The position numbers and the translations under genes were made by a program. Under the pieces are notes generated by a model, which saw only the letters and a program-made list of their open reading frames with translations, was not told the DNA's origin and did no database searches. This document shows positions 8,889 through 16,645 of a DNA stretch of 26,216 nucleotides, piece after piece. The DNA lies in IMG/VR virus record IMGVR_UViG_3300027126_000001. The stretch is one strand, 5' to 3'. Every line of letters starts with the position of its first letter. Position 1 is the stretch's first letter. This DNA is from a virus. Lineage: Duplodnaviria; Heunggongvirae; Uroviricota; Caudoviricetes.

Positions 8889-9413
8889 TTATTTTATGTA
8901 GTTTAATATTTGTTCAACTCTTTGATTAGGACTTCCTGTTACTGTTAAAAAATCTCCTCCAGCAAACTTAATTGACTTTAAGTTAATCTGAAATTGTTTA
9001 TCAATTGCTTCTCTCCATCCTTCATTCACACTTCTTACTCCATCATCTACTGATGCAAATTCGATAGGGAAGTAAATAAAATGTGTATACTGATGCCTAA
9101 CTCTTACCCAAGTATCTAATATGTAATCATATGCGCTAGTAGATAAGTTATCCATATAGGTAGAGTATACTACCAAATCCAAATAACATCTATCTAAGAT
9201 TACATCCTTAGGAGCTAATAGAGCTTCTAAATGGAAAGAAGAAATAGCAAGCTGTGTTTCAGAAGTTCCTGCTTCATTGATAGGAAATCCAAATTTACCA
9301 ACCGTTCTTGTTGATTCATTTATGAAATCATACTCAGGTAATTTACTTTTAAGTAATTCATATACTGTAGTCTTTCCTACTGATGATGCTCCTACTAATG
9401 CTATTCTTTTCAT
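8889..9413 (-). CDS. P-loop nucleotide-kinase-like ATPase (AAA_28/NadR-like)
   Basis: N-terminal Walker A GASSVGKTT, ILDRCYLD, DDGVR. Likely start MKRIALVG at 9413. Confidence 0.8.
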   Translation of the reverse strand: MKRIALVGASSVGKTTVYELLKSKLPEYDFINESTRTVGKFGFPINEAGTSETQLAISSFHLEALLAPKDVILDRCYLDLVVYSTYMDNLSTSAYDYILDTWVRVRHQYTHFIYFPIEFASVDDGVRSVNEGWREAIDKQFQINLKSIKFAGGDFLTVTGSPNQRVEQILNYIK

Positions 9414-9415
9414 AA

Positions 9416-9943
9416 CTAATTTTTTAAGAAATCTACCCAAAGACTTACTGATATACTATGTAATATATGAAATAATTCTTCAATCTCCAACCCTTTTATA
9501 GAAACTTTTCTACTACGAAGTATCTCTCCTTCATCTACTCCTTCTGTTACCCTATGAATAACACACCCAGAAGATTCTAATCCTATATCAAAAGCTTTTT
9601 GCTGAGGATCTTTTCCTTTTAATTCTGGATACTCAGTTATAAGTCCTGGATGCCCGTTATAGATTTCAAATCGATTACAGATATCTGCAGGCATGATTCG
9701 TAACCATCCATGTAGAGTTACCAAAGGATTTTCGTAACCGCTTAGTATCATTAACAATTCTTCCTCTGTAGGGTTATTCTCTACAAAAACTAAATGTTTA
9801 TCCTCTAAAGCCGGATGAATCTTTCTAAGATGCTCTGGTCTTTCGTTTGTTACTATCATATCAGGCCATCTTCCTAAAAGCTTTGATATTTCTACTATTT
9901 CACTTCCTGTCTGTGAGAAGAATGCTATGTGAGGTCTATACAT
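9416..9943 (-). CDS. PurN-like formyltransferase (candidate preQ1 formyltransferase, DpdN-like)
   Basis: YNGHPGLITEYPELKG and SGCVIHRVTEGVDEGEIL match the GAR-transformylase N-x-H-P and H-x-V-x3-D-x-G motifs. Confidence 0.85.
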   Translation of the reverse strand: MYRPHIAFFSQTGSEIVEISKLLGRWPDMIVTNERPEHLRKIHPALEDKHLVFVENNPTEEELLMILSGYENPLVTLHGWLRIMPADICNRFEIYNGHPGLITEYPELKGKDPQQKAFDIGLESSGCVIHRVTEGVDEGEILRSRKVSIKGLEIEELFHILHSISVSLWVDFLKN

Positions 9944-10118
9944 TTTTTACAGGTATTATGTTATCTTCATCTACAAAAAAGAACCGTTTCCCGACCCTTA
10001 AACTATATGCTGTTTTTCTTCCTAAATCTAAATTAATATATGCAAATACTTCTGCATCTATTATTTCATTATCAGAATTTAAAAGCACTTTTTCTCCTAT
10101 TTTATACCTTCTTTCCAT
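9936..10118 (-). CDS. Hypothetical 60-aa protein (SH3-like beta pattern possible)
   Basis: Overlaps both neighbours within the operon; YKIGEKVLL start. Confidence 0.6.
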   Translation of the reverse strand: MERRYKIGEKVLLNSDNEIIDAEVFAYINLDLGRKTAYSLRVGKRFFFVDEDNIIPVKNV

Positions 10119-10896
10119 TTACAAGCCATCTAAATTTATGGATGTTCTGAAGAATCATATTCGTATCTTCTGGTACGTAATTGATTAGTTCAAATAACTT
10201 TTGAGACTCTTTTGACCATAGTCCATCTGCTCTATACTCAACTCCTTTTATACCATGTACAACTGGATTAGAAGTATCTAAAGAATAGATCCATTTATAA
10301 TCTGAGTAGAAAGAAAACTCTTGAGGTAATCCACATCCTAATAGGTGATGCTTCTTCTCTTCGTTTATTACACCGTCTCTCAATAAGTCTCCCAGTAGCT
10401 TAACCCTTCCTAGCATCCAACTAACATACCTGTTAGGATGAGAAATTGTCTTTGTATAATACGAATAGTCGAATGAAATTGCAATCATATCTACATTTGC
10501 AATTTTATCCATATACTCATAACAAGTCTTAATTTGACTATAAGTCTTTCCTTGAACAACTCCTATCTTCTTTCCTGGAAGATCTCTATATTTGTAATTC
10601 CATTCAGTCATTTGCTTAACAGTCTTCTTTGCATCTTCTAAAGCATCTGGAACTATATACCAATCTGGTTTTAATTCTAGTACCCATCCTGCAAACTTCT
10701 CTGCATCAAAAGCTTCTTCTAATTCAAATATAGAATTATCTAAAATAATTTCTCTACCTGCTTCTTTAGCTTCTTGAAACTGTTTTAAGTATTCTGGATC
10801 TTCTTCAAATAAATGTACAAGTGCATAATCATAATCAGTATGCTTTTGTACTTCTTTAAATATACTCTTCGGTGATTCGTGTGCTATCTTAATCAT
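10102..10896 (-). CDS. dpdA: TGT-fold 7-deazaguanine transglycosylase (DpdA-like, compact)
   Basis: Motifs aligning by eye with TGT: ILDNSIFE (DSGGF), IVPD, GVVQG, HHLLG (YLMG), SLDTSNP (catalytic FD). No Cys-rich Zn site. Located in the que cluster. Confidence 0.72.
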   Translation of the reverse strand: MIKIAHESPKSIFKEVQKHTDYDYALVHLFEEDPEYLKQFQEAKEAGREIILDNSIFELEEAFDAEKFAGWVLELKPDWYIVPDALEDAKKTVKQMTEWNYKYRDLPGKKIGVVQGKTYSQIKTCYEYMDKIANVDMIAISFDYSYYTKTISHPNRYVSWMLGRVKLLGDLLRDGVINEEKKHHLLGCGLPQEFSFYSDYKWIYSLDTSNPVVHGIKGVEYRADGLWSKESQKLFELINYVPEDTNMILQNIHKFRWLVNGKKV

Positions 10897-11092
10897 TCTC
10901 TTCTGATGTTATAGTTTCTAAATCTTCTATTAATCCTCCTAATTGTGATTGCAATGCTTCCATAGCTTCTGCAATTTGATTATCAATAGCCATTTCAATT
11001 GCCTTGTACGCTATAGACACCGGTATCATCTCTGTCTTTAGATCTTCTATAAAGATCTTATTCTTTTCTATATACTCTACTGCCTCTTGCAT
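10889..11092 (-). CDS. Hypothetical protein
   Basis: 67-aa acidic helical ORF coupled to both neighbours. Confidence 0.65.
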   Translation of the reverse strand: MQEAVEYIEKNKIFIEDLKTEMIPVSIAYKAIEMAIDNQIAEAMEALQSQLGGLIEDLETITSEEND

Positions 11093-11616
11093 TACTCTCC
11101 TGTTAACTGTTTTAAGTATGACTTCTGAAGTTCTTTGTCTGTGAAGAACTGTTTTAAGTTAGGACGGAAGTAGTTTACATTCTTCATTACTTTTCTATCT
11201 CTTGTTCTATAAACAACAAAATAGTCTCCAACTTTTTCGTAATGACACTCCTCACCTTGCTCACTCGATCTTTGAATGACAGTTGCTTTAGCTTCTTCTT
11301 CTGTTTGGCAAGCTTTAGATAAATTTGACGCTTGAACCTCTTGATAGGCTGGCCATATCTTATCCTTAAGGCCATGTAACATAGTACCGTTCCCAGTGGC
11401 AACATAAGTAATATCGCAAAGAGCGTCCAGAACCTCAACGATGTCTCCTCTTTCGCAAGCTTCTCTATATTCTTCAAGTTCTTCAAGGATGAAATCGTAT
11501 ACGAACTCCCACTCTTTTCTCTCTGGTACTGTTGGTTCATAGTTATTAGGTTTGCCCATTACGGCATTAAATTCTTCTACCTCGTCAATAAAGGGTACTT
11601 TTGGATCTGTTATCAT
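11092..11616 (-). CDS. MazG-like/PRA-PH all-alpha NTP pyrophosphohydrolase
   Basis: VEEFN..., ILEELEEY...EVLDALCDITYV (EExxE...ExxD metal-binding motif), VQASNLSK. Confidence 0.85.
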   Translation of the reverse strand: MITDPKVPFIDEVEEFNAVMGKPNNYEPTVPERKEWEFVYDFILEELEEYREACERGDIVEVLDALCDITYVATGNGTMLHGLKDKIWPAYQEVQASNLSKACQTEEEAKATVIQRSSEQGEECHYEKVGDYFVVYRTRDRKVMKNVNYFRPNLKQFFTDKELQKSYLKQLTGE

Positions 11617-11631
11617 AACTTTACTTTTTAT

Positions 11632-11662
11632 TTAATATAGGAAATTGCCTCCGAAGAGGCAA
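11632..11662 (-). promoter_or_regulatory. Bacteroidota sigma-A-type promoter for the NTP-PPase/dpdA/formyltransferase/kinase/queF run
   Basis: TTG(11662-11660)-N20-TATATTAA(11639-11632). Confidence 0.7.
11645..11662 (-). terminator. Hairpin terminator with UUCG loop
   Basis: TTGCCTC-TTCG-GAGGCAA followed by TTT on the minus strand; a T7 run flanks it on the plus strand. Confidence 0.6.
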
Positions 11663-11668
11663 CTTTTT

Positions 11669-11869
11669 TTATTCTTCAATTACTTTTAGAATTTTAGATT
11701 GATTAACTCCTACTACTGAAAAGTTAGACTCTCCGTCGAATTCTTTATAGATTTTTGCTTCTGCTTCTGTAGCTGAAACTGCATCTACTAGATATAATTC
11801 TTTTACTCTTTGGATACGACCTCTGTCGTTTTCGTGCTCCAATTGCACGGTTACTTGCCAATAATTCAT
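11669..11869 (-). CDS. DUF4494-like small protein
   Basis: WQVTV..E...KELYLVDAVSATEAEAKI resembles the Bacteroidota DUF4494 pattern YLVDAxSxTEAEA. Confidence 0.55.
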   Translation of the reverse strand: MNYWQVTVQLEHENDRGRIQRVKELYLVDAVSATEAEAKIYKEFDGESNFSVVGVNQSKILKVIEE

Positions 11870-11880
11870 AGTGTTTAATT

Positions 11881-12588
11881 TTAGTTTTTATAACCTTTTG
11901 TGAACTGATAGAACTCTGCTCTTGCTGAATCTTCATTTAAGAAACATCCAGTTAACTTTGCAGTCTTCATTGAAGCTCCTTCATGCTTTACTCCTCTACA
12001 GCTTACACAATTGTGACCTGCTTCAATCATAACTGCTACCCCTAGATTACCTTCACAGATTTTATCTACTGCATTATGAATTGCAACTGTTAATTGTTCT
12101 TGGATTGCTCCTCTACGGGCAAACTGCTCTACAATTCTATTTAGTTTTGAAAGCCCTACTACCTTTCCATCTGGTGAAGGAACATAACCAATGTGAACTT
12201 TTCCTGTAATAGTCTGGTGGTGGTGAGAGCACATTGAGGTAAGAGGAATATTTCCTTCGAATACAATTCCATCATAACCATCTGAAGGGAATGCTGTAAC
12301 TCTTGTTAATGGTTCAAATCGTCCGGCCCATAAATCGTTTACATAAGCCTTTGCAACTCTTTTAGGAGTATCAGAAGAGTTCGGATCATTACTCCAATCG
12401 CATCCTAAAGCTGAAAGGAATTCACCAAATGCTACTGCTGCTTTGTCGATAATATCCTGCTTTTCTTCTTGAGTTAACCTTGCTTCTGGTCCTTCTATTA
12501 ATTGCTTTTTAGCCAATTGAGAGGAGATACCATTTGCGAATCCGGCTTGTACTAGTTCTGTACCGTCGATAAATTTTTTACTTGACAT
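11881..12588 (-). CDS. folE: GTP cyclohydrolase I
   Basis: DTPKRVAK, SMCSHH, GLSKLNRIV, RRGAIQEQLT, HNCVSCRGV. Confidence 0.96.
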   Translation of the reverse strand: MSSKKFIDGTELVQAGFANGISSQLAKKQLIEGPEARLTQEEKQDIIDKAAVAFGEFLSALGCDWSNDPNSSDTPKRVAKAYVNDLWAGRFEPLTRVTAFPSDGYDGIVFEGNIPLTSMCSHHHQTITGKVHIGYVPSPDGKVVGLSKLNRIVEQFARRGAIQEQLTVAIHNAVDKICEGNLGVAVMIEAGHNCVSCRGVKHEGASMKTAKLTGCFLNEDSARAEFYQFTKGYKN

Positions 12589-12628
12589 ATAAGATTGTTT
12601 TTATGGAGGTTCTACGACTCCGTTTCTA

Positions 12629-12659
12629 TTAATATAACACTTTTTATTTTATTATACAA
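12629..12659 (-). promoter_or_regulatory. Bacteroidota sigma-A-type promoter upstream of folE
   Basis: TTG(12659-12657)-N20-TATATTAA(12636-12629). Confidence 0.7.
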
Positions 12660-13055
12660 CTACTTTTTTAAATAATCCTGTATACTTTCACTATCACTTC
12701 TCTCCCAAGGATAAACAATCCACTCTGTTCCTGTTTCCTTTGCATAAAAGTCAGGAGTAAATGATGCTGTAGGTTTGTAGTGAAGTGTTGCTGTAAATCC
12801 TCCTACTGCTCTTTTTAGTGTTTCTCCTGTGTCGCAAATGTCATCCACTACCAAAGTATCCTTATTTGTTTTACTTACGTAAGGTATGTTTAATTTATGT
12901 GAGATCATTACTGCTGGTATCAATCCTCCTCTTTGTATTCCTGTAATAGATTTGATCTGTGCGCCTGATTGCTTTATTGTATTGCATAGGTCTTCAACTA
13001 AAATGTTAATATCATCCCAGCTTAAATAAACCTTGTTTCCTACTTTTAGTGCCAT
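12660..13055 (-). CDS. Purine phosphoribosyltransferase (Gpt/XGPRT-like)
   Basis: LSWDDI, GIQRGGLIPA, PRPP-binding LVVDDICDTGETL, WIVYPWE. Confidence 0.9.
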   Translation of the reverse strand: MALKVGNKVYLSWDDINILVEDLCNTIKQSGAQIKSITGIQRGGLIPAVMISHKLNIPYVSKTNKDTLVVDDICDTGETLKRAVGGFTATLHYKPTASFTPDFYAKETGTEWIVYPWERSDSESIQDYLKK

Positions 13056-13336
13056 TATATTCTCGCTATTGTTATACCTTCTGCTCCTACAATTTTCATC
13101 TGCGAAATCATATCATCTGCTGGTTGTTGTGGATCTGTTTCCTCCAACACATAGTTGATAAGTTCATCTATTGATACCTTGTCTTTGAATCCTGTCTTAC
13201 CTGAGTCACTTACTATTAACTCTAAATCTCCCTCTTTGGTTAATTTATAGTCCCAAATATAAAGCCCATCTGCTTTTGGGTAACTTTTTGAAAGCTCTCT
13301 GTCTCCTGCTAAATCTATTAAATCTTTTAGTGTCAT
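13055..13336 (-). CDS. Hypothetical protein
   Basis: 93-aa ORF tiling in the operon. Confidence 0.65.
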   Translation of the reverse strand: MTLKDLIDLAGDRELSKSYPKADGLYIWDYKLTKEGDLELIVSDSGKTGFKDKVSIDELINYVLEETDPQQPADDMISQMKIVGAEGITIARI

Positions 13337-13351
13337 AACTGTGTTTTTTAT

Positions 13352-13543
13352 TTACTTAATTGAATACTTGGTTTTACCGTCTGGTGATTGTGCTGCTATT
13401 TCTCCGTTTGCTAGAACTGTCAGTTGTAGGAAGTAGGTTGTTAGTAGTAGGTGTTTTACTTGTGCTGCTTCTATCTGTCCTTTCTTCCATAATGTATGAA
13501 GTACTGTCAATGTTTCAAACTGTGTTGCGTTTCTTACTGCCAT
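13352..13543 (-). CDS. Hypothetical protein
   Basis: 63-aa ORF on the coding strand filling the gap. Confidence 0.6.
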   Translation of the reverse strand: MAVRNATQFETLTVLHTLWKKGQIEAAQVKHLLLTTYFLQLTVLANGEIAAQSPDGKTKYSIK

Positions 13544-13550
13544 TTTACTT

Positions 13551-14135
13551 TTACTTTACTACCATTCTAACCATACATGCTCTACTTGCCTCAGGCATAT
13601 ATTCATCTGGGTTTGATAAGACTTTCTCAAGTTTATCACGAAGAGATTGTTTCATCATTTCATCTTGATACTCTTTGCTGCCAATATCTTGTGGAAATGT
13701 AGGATTGAAAGTAAGAGTGATTGTTCGGTAAGGTTCAAAATTTTCAGGATTATATATTAAAGGTCCAAATGTGCATCCCTCTTTTACCGGTTTGAAAATC
13801 ACTGTAGGGTCGTACATTTTTGGAGAAAACATAATTTGGTAAACATATGCGGTTTTTCCTTCATAGATTAGATCATTATCTAATAGTTTATGTGTGGACG
13901 TTTGAAAAGCCTTACCTGGTTCATTAGCTCCCCCAGTGTGAGTTATCCATTTTACTTCTTTAAAATGGAAATGTTCTTTTAAAATCCCTTCTGCAAGTTG
14001 TCTCTGCACTTTAGACATTTCAACTACGGCAGTAGGTTCTACTACAGTTGGGGATGAGTATGTAGCAAAGTGATGTCTATTGTCTGTGATAGGACCTAGA
14101 AGGTCAATAAATTTTTGTGTGATTTGATTTGTCAT
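13551..14135 (-). CDS. Hypothetical protein
   Basis: 194-aa ORF, no recognised motif. Confidence 0.7.
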   Translation of the reverse strand: MTNQITQKFIDLLGPITDNRHHFATYSSPTVVEPTAVVEMSKVQRQLAEGILKEHFHFKEVKWITHTGGANEPGKAFQTSTHKLLDNDLIYEGKTAYVYQIMFSPKMYDPTVIFKPVKEGCTFGPLIYNPENFEPYRTITLTFNPTFPQDIGSKEYQDEMMKQSLRDKLEKVLSNPDEYMPEASRACMVRMVVK

Positions 14136-14139
14136 AGTA

Positions 14140-14442
14140 TTATACTTCTCTTTGGTCTACTCCGTACTTCTCTTTAATTCCCATTACAAATTCCTTTGTC
14201 ATTCTACCCATAGCACCACTTGTCATAAATGGACTATTAACTTCATCGTAATGCTCTCTCCTATAAACGACTACTTCGCTTTTAAGTTGGTTATCTTCAA
14301 AATAGAAGAGCATACCTGGGATAAATTCTTTATCCTTTGTTGCCTCTAGAAATTTAGCCTTTGATTCTTCATACCGTTCTGGTAGAGGTTTTAGGTCTTT
14401 TAAGTTTAGGCTGCTGAAGTCATTTATTTGCTCTTTGTTCAT
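14140..14442 (-). CDS. Hypothetical protein
   Basis: 100-aa ORF with ATGA overlap to the HNH gene. Confidence 0.65.
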   Translation of the reverse strand: MNKEQINDFSSLNLKDLKPLPERYEESKAKFLEATKDKEFIPGMLFYFEDNQLKSEVVVYRREHYDEVNSPFMTSGAMGRMTKEFVMGIKEKYGVDQREV

Positions 14443-14945
14443 TTTTCTTTACTGTTTTTATAAGGTTTTCTTTTTTGTCGCCTTCCTTCTTCGTATGCTC
14501 TTTTTAAGCTCTCTGATACTTTTTTGGATCTGGCTTCTGGATCTTTAAGTGGGGATTTGATTGCTTTGTGGGATGTTTTTCGAATCTTATCTACTGTTTC
14601 TGGTTTCATTCCCTGTACCCATCCCTCCTCTATAATTCTAGGATCATTTACTTTCATTTGACGTTGCCTATCTCCTTTGTGAAACCACTTACTTCCTGCA
14701 AGTACCCAAGTCTCAAAAACTGTTCCCTCTTTCATTTTTCTCATTCTACTTGCCACTGCACTTGCTTCGGCTATATCTCCTTGAATAAGATGGATGTTGT
14801 AATGCTCTTCTATGGATACACATATTAGATTTTCTATAGAATTATTTTCTCTATTTCCATCTATATGATGTATTTCGTAAGTCCATCCATTCTTATCTTT
14901 AGGAATATCTCCATAATGCTTTTTCCAAATTCTTCTATAATCCAT
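14439..14945 (-). CDS. Free-standing HNH homing endonuclease
   Basis: EIHHIDGNRENNSIENLICVSIEEHYNIH HNH motif with a basic C-terminal DNA-binding tail. Confidence 0.85.
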   Translation of the reverse strand: MDYRRIWKKHYGDIPKDKNGWTYEIHHIDGNRENNSIENLICVSIEEHYNIHLIQGDIAEASAVASRMRKMKEGTVFETWVLAGSKWFHKGDRQRQMKVNDPRIIEEGWVQGMKPETVDKIRKTSHKAIKSPLKDPEARSKKVSESLKRAYEEGRRQKRKPYKNSKEK

Positions 14946-14956
14946 ACTATTGTTTT

Positions 14957-14969
14957 ATTATAAATAGTA
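14957..14969 (-). promoter_or_regulatory. Second-class upstream motif TACTATTTATAAT
   Basis: Exact copy of the 13-mer, 12 nt upstream of the HNH start. Confidence 0.55.
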
Positions 14970-14991
14970 GGCATTAACCAAAAGGCATAGA

Positions 14992-15771
14992 CTAAACTTC
15001 TCGAGCGTCTTGGAAAGCTATTATGTGAGGTCTCCAAGTCAACCTGTATCCATTATCTCGAACCCAATCAAACATTTTTGGATATGATTTGAATAAAGCC
15101 TCTCTTGTATCTCCAGCTGGCATGAAATATACTTTATCTTGTGGTATGTCTAATATCTTAATACATGCCATAATCTCTTCCAATGCTTCTTGATCCTCTC
15201 CGTCCCATACTGGTTTTAAGTGGTAGTCAGAGTGATAAGCAATTGATTTGGACATTGCATCGTAATTAAGTCTTAGCTTATTATGTTGTTTGATCATTCT
15301 TTCGTCTGTAATGTCTCCTTGAGGTGTTGCAATGCCAATCTTAGGGACAGAATTGCTGAACTTAGGGGAGATTGATAATAGATTAATTGGGTAATCCGTT
15401 TCAAGAAAATGACTTCCTTCGGTCTCAATTGTAATGAAAATATTTCTTTCATGTGCAAAATGTGTTAATTCGTTTACTAATGCTGGATGCATTGTAGGTG
15501 ATCCTCCTGTTAGCATCATCTCTGTGATGTGAGGATTCTTATCGTACATGTCGATAATGTCTTGAAAAGTGGAACTTCCCTTTTCTGGATGAATAGAACT
15601 ATACCAACTGTCGCACCATCCTCCATCTCCGAACCAGCAGCGGTGAGTACATCCAGTGGTGCGAATTACTACTGTAGGATATCCCGCTCTACTTCCCTCA
15701 CTCTGAACTGCAGTATACAATTCAATAATAGGAAGTGTCTTATTAAAATCCTCAATTCTTTTTAATCCCAT
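14992..15771 (-). CDS. queE: 7-carboxy-7-deazaguanine synthase QueE (radical SAM)
   Basis: VQSEGSRAGYPTVVIRTTGC, LTGGSP, TIETEG, SISPK, PRxHI-like end (WRPHII). Cluster motif CTHRCWFGDGGWC. Confidence 0.92.
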   Translation of the reverse strand: MGLKRIEDFNKTLPIIELYTAVQSEGSRAGYPTVVIRTTGCTHRCWFGDGGWCDSWYSSIHPEKGSSTFQDIIDMYDKNPHITEMMLTGGSPTMHPALVNELTHFAHERNIFITIETEGSHFLETDYPINLLSISPKFSNSVPKIGIATPQGDITDERMIKQHNKLRLNYDAMSKSIAYHSDYHLKPVWDGEDQEALEEIMACIKILDIPQDKVYFMPAGDTREALFKSYPKMFDWVRDNGYRLTWRPHIIAFQDAREV

Positions 15772-16291
15772 TTTTATTTCTATTTTTTAATGTTTCTGAT
15801 ATTTTTCTCTTTTGTTCCTCTGACATCGGAATGCCTTTATTTGTTCCTACCATTCCTTTCTTTGCTTTAGAAATCTTTTCTCCAAATTCCTTTGGCATTA
15901 TCTTTCCTGCATTTGAAATTCTTTTTCCTTCTTGGTAGGCTCTTTTTAGTCCTTCTGAGATTCTTTGTTTATGCTCTATGCTTTTTTTTGCTATCTGCTC
16001 TTTTATAATCCTATACATGTTTGCAGAAACCTTATACCTATTTTGATTAGGAGCTTCCATACTTGCCATCATCCATAAAGCATACTTTATTTTTTGACTC
16101 TTAGGATAAATCTCAGTAAGAAGTAGATGTGCTATAAAATGCTCTTTGGCTGTCAGTTCTACTAAATTATTTATATCATCTGTTCCTTTTACGCATTTAG
16201 GAATAATGTGATGAAGCTCTTTATATCCTTCGACTGTCTTTCTTTCTTTAGCTTTTAGTATTAGCTGGCTGTAAATTTTTTGATAATCCAT
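15752..16291 (-). CDS. Free-standing HNH homing endonuclease (MobE-like) with NUMOD3-type repeats
   Basis: ELHHIIPKCVKGTDDINNLVELTAKEHFIAHLLL; C-terminal SEEQKRKISETLK-type repeats. Confidence 0.87.
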   Translation of the reverse strand: MDYQKIYSQLILKAKERKTVEGYKELHHIIPKCVKGTDDINNLVELTAKEHFIAHLLLTEIYPKSQKIKYALWMMASMEAPNQNRYKVSANMYRIIKEQIAKKSIEHKQRISEGLKRAYQEGKRISNAGKIMPKEFGEKISKAKKGMVGTNKGIPMSEEQKRKISETLKNRNKNGIKKN

Positions 16292-16299
16292 ACTCTTTT

Positions 16300-16312
16300 A
16301 TTATAAATAGTA
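16300..16312 (-). promoter_or_regulatory. Second-class upstream motif TACTATTTATAAT
   Basis: Exact copy of the 13-mer, 9 nt upstream of the HNH start. Confidence 0.55.
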
Positions 16313-16333
16313 GTAGATTTCCGTTACCAGCTG

Positions 16334-16645
16334 TCACACCTGTTTTTTATTCATTTCATCTCTAGCATACAGAGATATAAACTCAGGTGTTGTTCTTCCT
16401 TTAGGTATTAGTATTTCTGCTAGGGGAGCTGCTATTGAAGTGTCTCCTGGATGTAGTATTAGTATTTCTTCATCCATGTCAAGTGTTACTAGAAACTGTA
16501 CTACCTGTCTTACCGTTAAAGGTTTTCTCTGATCTTGATTAATTACTAGTTTTGTTTTACCTTCTAATTTATCTGCTAGAGATATCTTTCCTGTATTATC
16601 ATCTAAAAAACCATTCTCTTGTAGAAACTTATTATCCAATGTCAT
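16334..16645 (-). CDS. Hypothetical protein
   Basis: Likely start MTLDNK at 16645 (ORF track starts at 16666). Confidence 0.6.
   Translation of the reverse strand: MTLDNKFLQENGFLDDNTGKISLADKLEGKTKLVINQDQRKPLTVRQVVQFLVTLDMDEEILILHPGDTSIAAPLAEILIPKGRTTPEFISLYARDEMNKKQV

Noticed and set aside
11187-11936. Alternative-frame minus-strand ORFs 11187..11540 and 11745..11936 (also 1266..1499 on the plus strand)
   Set aside because: They overlap motif-bearing genes in another frame; the real gene in 1223..1396 is on the minus strand.
9416-13055. folE, PRTase and PurN-like genes as folate or purine auxiliary metabolic genes
   Set aside because: Co-location with queD, queE, queF and a TGT-like gene, and absence of folB/folK/folP or other pur genes, favour the deazaguanine pathway. 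A secondary folate role for FolE is not excluded.
5077-16312. TATAAATA read as plus-strand T4 late promoters driving antisense genes
   Set aside because: No credible plus-strand genes follow, and the consistent 9-15 nt distance to minus-strand start codons points to the minus-strand orientation. Antisense RNA cannot be excluded without data.
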